64,000 bases of DNA from a virus (taxonomy: Duplodnaviria > Caudoviricetes). The position numbers and the translations under genes were made by a program. This document shows positions 47,065-56,237 of the stretch, in pieces; within the stretch, counting starts at the first letter, position 1, and each line of letters opens with the position of its first letter. The stretch covers positions 11,160-75,159 of IMG/VR virus record IMGVR_UViG_3300017700_000537; one strand, written 5' to 3'. The notes under the pieces were generated by a model. The model made no database searches, was not told where the DNA came from, and saw only the letters and a list, made by a program, of their open reading frames with translations.

Positions 47065-47793
47065 ATGGCCTTACGAGAAAGAGAGGATTCGATGACCTAC
47101 GTTGGCGTTTACGACGGCAAACTGGAGGTCAGGGTGGACAAAAAGACACCCGGCGCTATTGAGCGTGAAAAAACAAAAGCTGGCAAGGCGACAGGTGATG
47201 TCATCCATGTCAAGAACTATGGGTCACTGGAGGGGACCATCAAGGACATTAAAAAGGATGTCAAGGAATTCCCTGACGGCACAAAGTTCTCGTCGCTCAA
47301 GATTTTCATCGACGACATGGGCGACAAGTATGTACTGAACTGGCCGTACAACTCCGACCTGACCACGGCGTTCAATTCTATGGTCGAGAACATCGACCTG
47401 GATTCTCCGCTGGAGTTTTCGGTCGGGAAGGGAAAGAACAAGAAAGGCAAGGAGAAAACCTCACTATTCCTGAAGCAGAACGGCGCAAACATCAAGTGGA
47501 GGTACACAAGAGAGTACCAGTACGCCGATGGCGAGGAGAGGAAGCCGGAATGGGAACAGGTGATGCGGAAGGGCGAGCTTGAGTGGGACAACAGCAAGGA
47601 AATTATCTTCTTTGAGAAAATCTTGAAAGAGAAAATCATCCCGAAGCTACGCAACAAATCTGCCGCCACCTCACGGATGCCCGCCTCGCAAGAAAGCCTC
47701 GTGCAAGATGATGGCTGGATACCGGATGCAAGCCACATGCCTGCCGAGCCGGACGAAGTGAAGCCGCCGGATGATTCGGATTTGCCATTCTGA
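47065..47793 (+). CDS. single-stranded DNA-binding protein (putative)
   Basis: Third gene of the recombination module; acidic tail ending DDSDLPF. Confidence 0.6.
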   Translation: MALREREDSMTYVGVYDGKLEVRVDKKTPGAIEREKTKAGKATGDVIHVKNYGSLEGTIKDIKKDVKEFPDGTKFSSLKIFIDDMGDKYVLNWPYNSDLTTAFNSMVENIDLDSPLEFSVGKGKNKKGKEKTSLFLKQNGANIKWRYTREYQYADGEERKPEWEQVMRKGELEWDNSKEIIFFEKILKEKIIPKLRNKSAATSRMPASQESLVQDDGWIPDASHMPAEPDEVKPPDDSDLPF

Positions 47794-47826
47794 CATTGAT
47801 TTTACAGAAGTGTAGTTTTCATAGTG

Positions 47827-47856
47827 AGGGTCGAGGAGAAATCTTCGGCCTTTTTT
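47827..47856 (+). terminator. intrinsic terminator
   Basis: AGGGTCGAGGA-GAAA-TCTTCGGCCT-TTTTT. Confidence 0.75.
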
Positions 47857-47864
47857 ATTTTACA

Positions 47865-47978
47865 CTTGTTTTATTCATTTATTTAGTACATCTTTGCATC
47901 TCACAATGATAGTTGGACACGGTGCCACCGGCGTTGAAAATGGAGAACACTAGACTAGACGCCGGTGGAGCTTTTTTT
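47865..47978 (+). promoter_or_regulatory. promoter followed by a large-loop terminator hairpin
   Basis: cTTG-N20-CATCTTTG (47889); CCACCGGCGT...ACGCCGGTGG followed by a T7 run. Confidence 0.55.
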
Positions 47979-47988
47979 GAAGAAGATT

Positions 47989-48144
47989 ATGGAAAGTATC
48001 GAAGAAGCAAATCAAGAGCTTTCAGCCATGCACAATGCAGAGCTTGGATTCTTCATAATTGATGGTAAAATGACTTGGAGCGATTATTTTAGCTACTGGA
48101 CATTGCAAGATGAAATTGATTTTATAATTGACTCTTTTCTCTAA
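47989..48144 (+). CDS. 51-aa hypothetical protein
   Basis: ORF after the leader; its stop merges with the dispersed motif. Confidence 0.5.
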   Translation: MESIEEANQELSAMHNAELGFFIIDGKMTWSDYFSYWTLQDEIDFIIDSFL

Positions 48145-48168
48145 AAAATCTCGGCAAAAACGAATAAA

Positions 48169-48339
48169 ATGGCTAAAGTAAAGTGCATGAAATGCGGGAA
48201 GCGCCCCGCCACAATCAACAATATCTGCCTGACCTGCGACACCCTGTGGGACGTAAAAAAGGTTGAGATAAAGGAGAAGAAGGGCCGGAAGTGGAAATGG
48301 AAGGACTTCTACAAATGGGTGATGAAAAAAAGTTATTAA
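48169..48339 (+). CDS. 56-aa Zn-finger-like protein
   Basis: CMKC...CLTC, Lys-rich tail. Confidence 0.55.
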   Translation: MAKVKCMKCGKRPATINNICLTCDTLWDVKKVEIKEKKGRKWKWKDFYKWVMKKSY

Positions 48340-48342
48340 CAA

Positions 48343-48549
48343 TTGTTGAAAATGCACCAACCCAGCACATTCATCGACTCCTTCTGCCAGACGCTTCCCG
48401 ACAGGCACAACCTGCTGGCATGGAACGCAATCATGTACAGGGATGGAGAGGTGTTTTTGCACCCAGAAGGGCTGATGTACCAAATCCTGCTGTTCGACCA
48501 CGGGAGTGTTTTCCCGCAGCATCATGTGATGGTGATTGGGTTGAATTGA
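48343..48549 (+). CDS. hypothetical protein
   Basis: 68-aa ORF in a packed run. Confidence 0.45.
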   Translation: MLKMHQPSTFIDSFCQTLPDRHNLLAWNAIMYRDGEVFLHPEGLMYQILLFDHGSVFPQHHVMVIGLN

Positions 48550-48565
48550 GAAAAATAAACTAAGG

Positions 48566-48784
48566 ATGAAAATAAACCCAGCACTTATTTTGAACTCACT
48601 AAGATGGGATGTTGACTCATTGGTGTATTTATATGAGTATGACTCCTATGGGTGGCTCGGCCCGTGTTTTGATAAAAACGGCAATCGGAATGGAATCACT
48701 CGTTGCTGTGAGTATGATTACGAATGTCAACACCACAAAGAACTTAGGGGAAAACTTGAAGCGCAAAATACAATCAACAATTAA
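48566..48784 (+). CDS. hypothetical protein
   Basis: 72-aa ORF. Confidence 0.5.
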   Translation: MKINPALILNSLRWDVDSLVYLYEYDSYGWLGPCFDKNGNRNGITRCCEYDYECQHHKELRGKLEAQNTINN

Positions 48785-48796
48785 AAAAAAACAAAA

Positions 48797-49117
48797 ATGA
48801 CCTTAATCTGGATTTTGCTAATCATCAACGCCTATTACTTTGGCCGTGCATGGGACGAAATGCCAAGCAGACCATTCAAGAAGGACGACATCTTTTTCTT
48901 TCTCATCCCGTTCATCGGATTCCTGTTTATTTTCATCTTGGCATGGATCGCGCTTGACAAGAAGTTCCGCATAGTGACACACTTGCAGGCGTACACCACA
49001 AGGGTATCGCCAGAAGACCTCGAAAAACTGATAGCGAGATACAAGAGGGGCAAAAACAAGGATATTGCTATATTCTTGCGGGTGAATGGGGTGGATGTAA
49101 AAAATCTCGGCAGATAA
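48797..49117 (+). CDS. membrane protein
   Basis: Two hydrophobic segments. Confidence 0.55.
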   Translation: MTLIWILLIINAYYFGRAWDEMPSRPFKKDDIFFFLIPFIGFLFIFILAWIALDKKFRIVTHLQAYTTRVSPEDLEKLIARYKRGKNKDIAIFLRVNGVDVKNLGR

Positions 49118-49129
49118 AAATAAAATAAA

Positions 49130-49402
49130 ATGGGTATCAAAAAAGTAGCAAGTCCAGTAAACAAAGCCAAGAATCTGTTCTTAAAGTGGCTAAAGGACAG
49201 GGAAGCGACATACATTGAGGAGTTCGAAGGAGAGAATGACGGAGAATGGGATTATTACAGGCATGTGGATGGTTTTATAGGTGACAGGCTATACGTGGCC
49301 TGTTTTCACGTCTGGCGTGGCAAGGTTTCGATTGACTACTCTGATGAAGAAAATAGGTACAATGGCATGAGCGTAGAAGAATTCTTACAGTTGATTTCTT
49401 GA
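49130..49402 (+). CDS. hypothetical protein
   Basis: 90-aa ORF with A-rich pre-ATG context. Confidence 0.55.
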   Translation: MGIKKVASPVNKAKNLFLKWLKDREATYIEEFEGENDGEWDYYRHVDGFIGDRLYVACFHVWRGKVSIDYSDEENRYNGMSVEEFLQLIS

Positions 49403-49438
49403 AAAATCTCGGCAAACAATAAAGTTTTTCCGAGATTT

Positions 49439-49675
49439 TTTGGAATAACGGAAGAAGGTTGTAGATTTGTGAATCGTTAAGACGGTCGAAGGGGGTGACG
49501 CCCTGGGTGGAAATCTGAACAGAAAAGAAAATATTGATGTAAGTTTCATCGAAGAAGCCTCATCATTGAGTATCGGGAAGGTGTGTAGTGGTTTTCCATT
49601 TCATACTTTTCTGTTCAGCCCGGCTGCCTGTCACGCAGCCCACACCGCCTGATACTCAATGCTGAGGCTTTTTTT
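49439..49675 (+). promoter_or_regulatory. promoter and ~200-nt structured leader/attenuator
   Basis: TTTG-N19-TAGATTTG; 13-bp perfect IR 49515-49527/49606-49618 interleaved with a ~28-bp IR 49555-49585/49641-49670, then T7. Confidence 0.7.
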
Positions 49676-49688
49676 ATGTCCATGAACG

Positions 49689-50495
49689 ATGGCCAAGTCA
49701 AAGATTAATCAACTAAAACTTCTGCTGTCAAAAGACGGAAGAAGTTTTATAGACCCAACTACGAAGAAAGAAATACCTCATGTTCGGATGTTCCCACTCA
49801 ACACAAGGTATGCTGTAAATGTTAGCGGGATGATTTACGACTCATTCTCTAGTTATGAATTGGTGAATCAATACAAGGTGGATGGTCATTATTTTGTGGA
49901 CATAGAGTTTAAGGGTAAGCCGGGTGGAATCCCGTTTCTTGCCGGAGAGGTTGTATTGTCAACATTCAACGACAAGTATCTAGTAGGAGATAAATTCACT
50001 TACAATACTTCTTCGAGAAAATGCTGCCTAAAAAATCTAAAGCACCTCCCTGCTGGCAAGACCAAAAACTACTCTCAGGTAGAGCTATCTAACTGGGATT
50101 GCCAAAACAAGGCGAATTATGCGAACAATAGGGTTCTTGGCATTAGTGCGACTAATTTCTCAATAACACAGCACGATGTATTTGATTGTCTGCAAAGGGC
50201 TTCGTTCAGGTGTGCCTATTGTGGGGAATCACTTTTTGGCCAGAAATGGCACCTTGACCACATAAACCCAATAAGTAAAAGAGGTGCGAATGACAGGATG
50301 AACATAACGCCTGCCTGTGTAGATTGCAACCTGATGAAGCACAGCATGAATGTTGATAGCTTTTTTGCAAAAATACAGAAGATTGTAAAAAACATTAATT
50401 TAAGAAACACTGGCAGGTATGAACTCTTGAATTTGGATGGAGATGTAGATGCTTCATTCAACAGGGTGTATCTAATTCCTTCTGAAATACTATAA
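49689..50495 (+). CDS. HNH endonuclease
   Basis: RCAYCG...HLDHINPISKRGANDRMNITPACVDCN. Confidence 0.85.
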   Translation: MAKSKINQLKLLLSKDGRSFIDPTTKKEIPHVRMFPLNTRYAVNVSGMIYDSFSSYELVNQYKVDGHYFVDIEFKGKPGGIPFLAGEVVLSTFNDKYLVGDKFTYNTSSRKCCLKNLKHLPAGKTKNYSQVELSNWDCQNKANYANNRVLGISATNFSITQHDVFDCLQRASFRCAYCGESLFGQKWHLDHINPISKRGANDRMNITPACVDCNLMKHSMNVDSFFAKIQKIVKNINLRNTGRYELLNLDGDVDASFNRVYLIPSEIL

Positions 50496-50497
50496 CT

Positions 50498-50641
50498 ATG
50501 CAAGAACTTGATTTCTTCCGAGATTTTTCAGTCTCAAATCCCATCCTCATGCAGGGCGACTGCCTTGAGCTTATGAAATCCATCCCAGATGAAAATATGC
50601 TATCGGATATTTGTGTTGCATATCTCAATGTAATACCATAG
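50498..50641 (+). pseudogene. orphaned N-terminus of a DNA methyltransferase
   Basis: MQELDFF...ILMQGDCLELMKSIPDE is the typical N4/N6-MTase start; the match is lost after PDE and the frame stops 15 codons later. Confidence 0.65.
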
Positions 50642-50650
50642 ATTTGTGGC

Positions 50651-51172
50651 ATGAAAAATAAATTACGAGTTTTTACAAAGGAGCACAGAGAGAAGATAGG
50701 TAACTCAAGAAGGGCTTGGGTGGCTAATGGCGGTATTCCTTACAATAAGGGTTTAAAAACATCCGAAAGAACTGATGGGCGGCGGCTACTATTATTGAAC
50801 ATGAAGGCCCACTTAAAGTACGAAGTTACGTTAGAGTGGCTTAACCAGTTTGATAATATAGAAAAACTGAAGTACCTTAACAAGTCTATATCAAGGAAGC
50901 GAGACTACCTCGGTTTTGACACGGAAATTTATAAGGCATTTATCGAAAAGTTTTATTTTGATAAAAATTTCAATAGACTATTTGACGAATGGATTTCTAC
51001 TGGAGACAAATGGATAAAGCCATCACTTGATCATATTGTTCCAAAAAGTTCTGGCGGTGTACTAATGATTGAAAATTTAAGATTTATTAGTTGGCTGGAG
51101 AATAGGTCTAAATCCGATATTCCAGAAAACGAATGGGTCTTGATAAAAAATAGAATTAATGAATATTTTTAA
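50651..51172 (+). CDS. HNH homing endonuclease with NUMOD3-like N-terminus
   Basis: EHREKIGNSRR...PYNKG; KPSLDHIVPKSSGG...NLRFISWLENRSK; very AT-rich. Confidence 0.8.
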   Translation: MKNKLRVFTKEHREKIGNSRRAWVANGGIPYNKGLKTSERTDGRRLLLLNMKAHLKYEVTLEWLNQFDNIEKLKYLNKSISRKRDYLGFDTEIYKAFIEKFYFDKNFNRLFDEWISTGDKWIKPSLDHIVPKSSGGVLMIENLRFISWLENRSKSDIPENEWVLIKNRINEYF

Positions 51173-51947
51173 CAATTTAGACGAGGTTGCAAGCGTGGGG
51201 CTGCTTCCTGTAAATAGCCTAATCAATGCGGAATGCCTCGCTGCTATGAGTTTTATTGCAGACAACAGCATTGATATGATTTGTTGCGATCTCCCTTATG
51301 GCACGACAATTTGCAAGTGGGACGCAATAATCCCATTCGAGCCACTTTGGGAGCAATACGGAAGGATATGCAAACCAAATGCCGCAATAGTCCTGACCGC
51401 TTCACAGCCATTCACGTCAGCTTTGATTATGAGCAAGCCAAAATGGTTTAGGCACGAATGGATTTGGCAGAAAAACAGGGGCAGCAACTTTGCGCTCCTG
51501 AAATGGCAGCCATTCAAGGAGCATGAAAGTGTTTTGGTTTTTAGCAAGGATACGGCCAAGTATTACCCGATAAAAGAAGAAAGGAGTGAAAGTGGTAAAA
51601 GCCGATGCGCCTACACCTTCCATAACAAAGTCACAAGTGGGGTGATAAATAATGAAACATTCTACAATCAGGATGGAGACAGGAGGAAATTGGATGAAGG
51701 ATTAAGAAATCCAAGTAGCATACAAAAGTTCAATACAGAAGTCGGCCTACACCCCACCCAAAAGCCCGTCGCCCTCTGCGAGTACTTAATCAAAACCTAC
51801 ACCAATGAGGGCGAAACGGTCCTGGATAATTGCATGGGCAGCGGCACCACAGGTGTTGCAGCGAAAAATCTCGGCAGAAACTTCATCGGCATCGAAAAGG
51901 ACGAAACATATTTCAAAACAGCATCCGCGAGGGTGGCAAAAGCGTGA
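51159..51947 (+). CDS. N4/N6 DNA methyltransferase (beta class)
   Basis: CDLPYG motif IV, HPTQKP, VLDNCMGSGTTG motif I, FIGIEKD. Confidence 0.92.
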   Translation: MNIFNNLDEVASVGLLPVNSLINAECLAAMSFIADNSIDMICCDLPYGTTICKWDAIIPFEPLWEQYGRICKPNAAIVLTASQPFTSALIMSKPKWFRHEWIWQKNRGSNFALLKWQPFKEHESVLVFSKDTAKYYPIKEERSESGKSRCAYTFHNKVTSGVINNETFYNQDGDRRKLDEGLRNPSSIQKFNTEVGLHPTQKPVALCEYLIKTYTNEGETVLDNCMGSGTTGVAAKNLGRNFIGIEKDETYFKTASARVAKA

Positions 51948-51951
51948 GACC

Positions 51952-53121
51952 ATGAAAGAGTTTTCCTTTATCAAAACATCTCTTTGGTCGGATGAAACAT
52001 TCCGCCAAATGTCCCCAGAGCAAAAGTTGATAATGCTCTATCTCCTACAAGGCACTCAGACTAACTGGTGTGGCATCTTCAAGCTAAATGTATCTATGAT
52101 GGGGTTCTTCCTTGGGCTAAGGGAAGATAACGTCCAGAACGCATTTCAGGCTTTCTTGAAGCAGTTTTCGGATTTAGTTTCCTACGATGAAACCACCTCT
52201 GAAATTGCCATACTGAATTGGGGAGCCATGAACATTGCGAACATGAATGGCAAGTCGCTTGGAGTCGCAGAAAAAGAATTGAGGTCGGTCGAAAGTGACC
52301 AATTGATACTCAAAGTCATCACTCAAAGCAAGGCGTCTAGGATAGTAGAATTTTACACATCCGGCTTAAATTCAATCCGAGCTACACGTAGAAATTTAGC
52401 AAAAAAACGGGAGGCCATAATTTCACAGCACCCCGACTTAACTGACTGTGAATCAGATAGTTCTGGACAAATAGAAAATGAAATAGAAAATGAAATAGAA
52501 AAGATATATAGTCCAGCTATCGCTGAACAGCCCACATCCACGCAAGCAATTGCTACCCAAGAAAAAGAAAAGTGTACCGATGTCCCCCCGCCGCCCGGCT
52601 TCGACGAAATCTGGAACCTGTATGGCCATAAGCAGCAAAAGGCTGACGCTATCAAGGCGTACAGGGCTATGAAGTCTCAGCCTGATAGGGATGCCCTCGT
52701 TGAAGCGATACCGGCATACCTCACCTTCCTTTCACTTCCAGACAACTCTTTTCGGCAGAAGAAGCTGCTTGGCGCATTTATCAGGGGCCGGATGTGGGAG
52801 GATGATTTTAATGCCAGGAAGGTGGAGCAGCCCACCGGAATGAGCGCTGGTAACGAGTCACTGCATGGCTTTGTATCCAAGGAGTTCCCCAATGTCCAAA
52901 AACTAAAATGGCTAACCAATGAACAGTTCGACGTGTTCGATTCCCGTGGCGCAGAGATGTTTGGAGGGAACTACACCATTTACGCATCCCCAATTGCGAT
53001 GAAAAAGCACATAAGGGAGTCATTTTCTGAACTCAACTCCAACAGCTTCAAGCGGTCACAATACCAGGATGTGTATTCTTACCTATGCGAAGACCTCAAA
53101 AAAAGAATCTACCCAAAATGA
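51952..53121 (+). CDS. replication initiator/replisome organiser
   Basis: N-terminal wHTH-like region, ENEIENEIE linker, FDEIWNLY...KADAIKAY...GRMWEDD domain; precedes the primase-helicase. Confidence 0.65.
   Translation: MKEFSFIKTSLWSDETFRQMSPEQKLIMLYLLQGTQTNWCGIFKLNVSMMGFFLGLREDNVQNAFQAFLKQFSDLVSYDETTSEIAILNWGAMNIANMNGKSLGVAEKELRSVESDQLILKVITQSKASRIVEFYTSGLNSIRATRRNLAKKREAIISQHPDLTDCESDSSGQIENEIENEIEKIYSPAIAEQPTSTQAIATQEKEKCTDVPPPPGFDEIWNLYGHKQQKADAIKAYRAMKSQPDRDALVEAIPAYLTFLSLPDNSFRQKKLLGAFIRGRMWEDDFNARKVEQPTGMSAGNESLHGFVSKEFPNVQKLKWLTNEQFDVFDSRGAEMFGGNYTIYASPIAMKKHIRESFSELNSNSFKRSQYQDVYSYLCEDLKKRIYPK
52469..52503 (+). repeat. 12-bp tandem repeat (AAATAGAAAATG, about 3 units) in the initiator gene
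   Basis: Directly visible; AT-rich. Confidence 0.7.
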
Positions 53122-55067
53122 GGATAACACTATTCGAGAACGTCAATAACACCACCCCAATAGGGTACATGGATTTTGAAGACCTCCTCCCAAGGATGCT
53201 GACGGACGAGGCCAAAAAAGCTGCAGCTGAAATGGCTGCACTGCATCGCTCTGACAAGGATGCCTATGATGCGAGAAAAAGAAGGATGCCCGCATTTGCC
53301 ATCGGTGAGCACACGGCCAGAAATTCCAATAGCTGCACTCTTCTTGAGCAGTACATGGGACTTGATGTTGACCACGTTCCTCCTGACAAAATGAGGGAGG
53401 TGTTCGATAAAATAGCTGCATGGGAGTATTGCTGGTGCGTATTCCCTTCGGTATCGGAGCTTGGATTCCGTGTGATAGTCCCAGTCGAATGTACCGTTGG
53501 CACAAGGAAGCCGATGTATGAATTGCTGGTGCAGATGTTTTCCGCCTATTCAGGCATACCAATAGACTTGGAACTTCCAAAGGAGGATAGGAAGACCTCC
53601 TTTTGCATAAACGCCTCCACCAGCGACATTTGCCGGCTGTGGTTCTATGCTGGGGCGAGGGTTCATCACTTCAATCCATCTGCCAGTAAAATATCCCAGC
53701 CGATACAGATGGCTCCTGTAAATGTACCATCTCAGGTGAGGACATTGCGGGAGTCAGATGAGCTTATGGTTGCCATAATCGTCAGCGAGGCCGAAAGGAG
53801 GCGCATAGACCTCACTGTGGGCTATCAGGCATGGTTTGATGTCGGGATGTCGCTTGCGTCGCTTGGAGAGTCTGGTAGGGTCCCATTTCATAGACTTTCG
53901 GCAATCAGCCCACAGTACAAGGAGAAAGAGGCCGAGGCGAAGTACAACGATTTTGCAAAGAACGCATCCGGCAGGAAGACGATAAGGACGCTTGCCAAGA
54001 TTGCCAAGGACTCTGGGATACTTTACAAGGACAGTTCATTGTGGGGCAGTGTTCCAGAGGAGTCGAGGGTTAATTCGGTGAAGCTCCAATCCCTTGCGCC
54101 AGACGAAATAGATGATGGGTTTGATGAAGTTAAAAAAGAATCCATTCGTGATAGATTGAAAAGGGTGTCCTTTAAGTACGGCCAAAAGCCGAAGGACATT
54201 GATTTCATACTGAAAGCGAATGTTGATGGGAAGCTGTTTGACATAGGCGGGTTCGGTATGATAGGGCTTATAACCGGACTTGAGAAGTCAAGGAAGACCA
54301 CGCTACTGAGGGCCATAACGTCCAGCGCTATCTCTGGCGGCTCAAAGAAAATAAACTTTCAGATGGACTTGAAGGGCAAAAAGGCCATCTATGTCGATAC
54401 CGAACAGCCGGACTTCTTTTTCTACAATGGCCAGATGCAGGCGCACATGCTCGCTGGACTCGGAGATGCCGCTGAAAACTATGAAGCATACTCGCTAAGG
54501 AGTTTTTCGGCTGACGAACGGATAGAGGCTGTCGATGACTTGATAGATGAAAACGACAATCTTGGGCTCCTGATACTTGACGGCGTACTTGATTTTGTCA
54601 AAAACTTCAACAGTGAGGAGCAGTCGCAGGCGTTTGTCCAGAAAATGATGCAGTGGACAGACAAGAGTGGTGCCATGATACTTGCCGTCATACACGTCGC
54701 AAAGTCGTCAGGTGCCACCACTGGTCATCTCGGCTCTATGCTGAACAAGAAATGCGATTTTGCCTTTGAAATGAAGAACGATGCTGATACTGGATTTACT
54801 ACCGTTAGCAGCAAGTTGAGCAGGACTAGGCCGTTCACGAGCTTCGACTTCACGCAGGATGATAACGGATTGCCGGTACTCAACCACAATGAGGCGTATA
54901 TTATCCGTAACGGGGTGGCTATACCCAAATCAGAGGCGGTGTTCTATAAGGAGGAGCCAATAATGTCCGACACTCCCGACCAGTCCGACCCCTTCGCCAC
55001 CCCCTTCACCCCTCAAAAACTAACAGTCCCATCTAAGATGAATGACGATGAGGATATACCATTCTGA
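53118..55067 (+). CDS. primase-helicase (VirE-N/BT4734-like, PriCT-2, AAA ATPase)
   Basis: MGLDVDH, VFPSVSELGFRVI; YQAWFDVGMSLA (PriCT-2); GLEKSRKTT Walker A; LLILDG Walker B. Confidence 0.85.
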   Translation: MRITLFENVNNTTPIGYMDFEDLLPRMLTDEAKKAAAEMAALHRSDKDAYDARKRRMPAFAIGEHTARNSNSCTLLEQYMGLDVDHVPPDKMREVFDKIAAWEYCWCVFPSVSELGFRVIVPVECTVGTRKPMYELLVQMFSAYSGIPIDLELPKEDRKTSFCINASTSDICRLWFYAGARVHHFNPSASKISQPIQMAPVNVPSQVRTLRESDELMVAIIVSEAERRRIDLTVGYQAWFDVGMSLASLGESGRVPFHRLSAISPQYKEKEAEAKYNDFAKNASGRKTIRTLAKIAKDSGILYKDSSLWGSVPEESRVNSVKLQSLAPDEIDDGFDEVKKESIRDRLKRVSFKYGQKPKDIDFILKANVDGKLFDIGGFGMIGLITGLEKSRKTTLLRAITSSAISGGSKKINFQMDLKGKKAIYVDTEQPDFFFYNGQMQAHMLAGLGDAAENYEAYSLRSFSADERIEAVDDLIDENDNLGLLILDGVLDFVKNFNSEEQSQAFVQKMMQWTDKSGAMILAVIHVAKSSGATTGHLGSMLNKKCDFAFEMKNDADTGFTTVSSKLSRTRPFTSFDFTQDDNGLPVLNHNEAYIIRNGVAIPKSEAVFYKEEPIMSDTPDQSDPFATPFTPQKLTVPSKMNDDEDIPF

Positions 55068-55111
55068 TAATCAATGATTTGCCGAGATTTTTTAACTTAA
55101 AAACGATAAAA

Positions 55112-55516
55112 ATGACAAATATTTTATTCAGAGGTAGGCGACTGGACAACGGAGAGTGGGTCAATGGAGACTTCATCCTCGGCGTCGGCGCAAAGCATGG
55201 GCATTCGTTCATACTCCCAAGGTATCACATCATGCCTGACAAATGCGGGATTGATGGATGGGATGTTGACCCATCAACGGTAGGCAGAAAGAGGTGTCTG
55301 ACCGAAAGAAACGGAGATGACATTTTCTCTGGGGACTTGATGATGTACGACGGGAAGATTTACAAGGTGGTTGATGACGGCTGGAGATTTAGGCTTGAAA
55401 GAAATCTGGTGGAATTCGGCGACAACCATGATGTCGTATTGGACGAGGATACTGCTTTCGATTCCTTATTGTGGGGGAATTTCCATGATAATTCGAAAAA
55501 TTTCGGCAATGACTAG
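55112..55516 (+). CDS. YopX family protein
   Basis: ILFRGRRLDNGEWVNG, VDPSTVG, DIFSGD, WGNFHDN. Confidence 0.8.
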   Translation: MTNILFRGRRLDNGEWVNGDFILGVGAKHGHSFILPRYHIMPDKCGIDGWDVDPSTVGRKRCLTERNGDDIFSGDLMMYDGKIYKVVDDGWRFRLERNLVEFGDNHDVVLDEDTAFDSLLWGNFHDNSKNFGND

Positions 55517-56012
55517 GAAGCCCAAGTCACAGCCCAAACAAGTATCCCAAGCCGACCTCCTGGCCTTCTTCAACAAGCCCGAAGAACCGGCCACTCCATC
55601 CATTGCCAGAACCCAAAAAATCCCGGCAGCCGACGAAAAAAGGCAAAGGGAACTGTCAGAAATCGGCTGCACAAAAGTCCGCCTCTACACAAAAACGGTC
55701 ACAGTCCTCGGCTGGCGGGAGAAAAGAAAGCACGTTGAGGTCCAAACAGAGAACGGGATAGCTGCCTACGACTGGCCGTTCAAGGTTGTTTTCCCGTTCA
55801 TAAACCTCGAAATCATCGAAGACTGCGGCTATCTCGAAATGTTCTCAAACGGCGAGGAATACGTCATCGAGGGCAAAAGGTACGGCGTCAGGGATGATGT
55901 CGTCTGGGTTGGTGGGAAGCGGTATTTGAGCAGCAAGGAGAAGGTGGATTTTGGGTCTTTCCGGGATTTTTTGGCAGGCAAGGAATTTATTTTGAAGAAA
56001 ACGATAATTTAA
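55509..56012 (+). CDS. hypothetical protein
   Basis: ORF from ATG 55509, overlapping the YopX end. Confidence 0.55.
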   Translation: MTRKPKSQPKQVSQADLLAFFNKPEEPATPSIARTQKIPAADEKRQRELSEIGCTKVRLYTKTVTVLGWREKRKHVEVQTENGIAAYDWPFKVVFPFINLEIIEDCGYLEMFSNGEEYVIEGKRYGVRDDVVWVGGKRYLSSKEKVDFGSFRDFLAGKEFILKKTII

Positions 56013-56013
56013 T

Positions 56014-56133
56014 TTTGATAATTGAATTATTTAGTTCACCTTTGCATTATCGAAAGAGATAAAGACATCCCCGGCCACCACCAAGTCGAACATCTTTGAG
56101 AAAGCTGATTGTTAAAGGGTGGTTGGGGTTTTT
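56014..56133 (+). promoter_or_regulatory. promoter and leader with large-loop terminator before the helicase
   Basis: TTTG-N19-CACCTTTG; CCCCGGCCACC pairs with GGTGGTTGGGG (two G-U pairs), then T5. Confidence 0.55.
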
Positions 56134-56237
56134 CCCCACCAAAGAAAAGCGAAAAGTCGCCTATCCCGGCAGAGCTAATTGTATGCGATTGGGGTGCTTG
56201 CCGGGATTTTTTAACTTTCAAAATCAATAAAAATATC

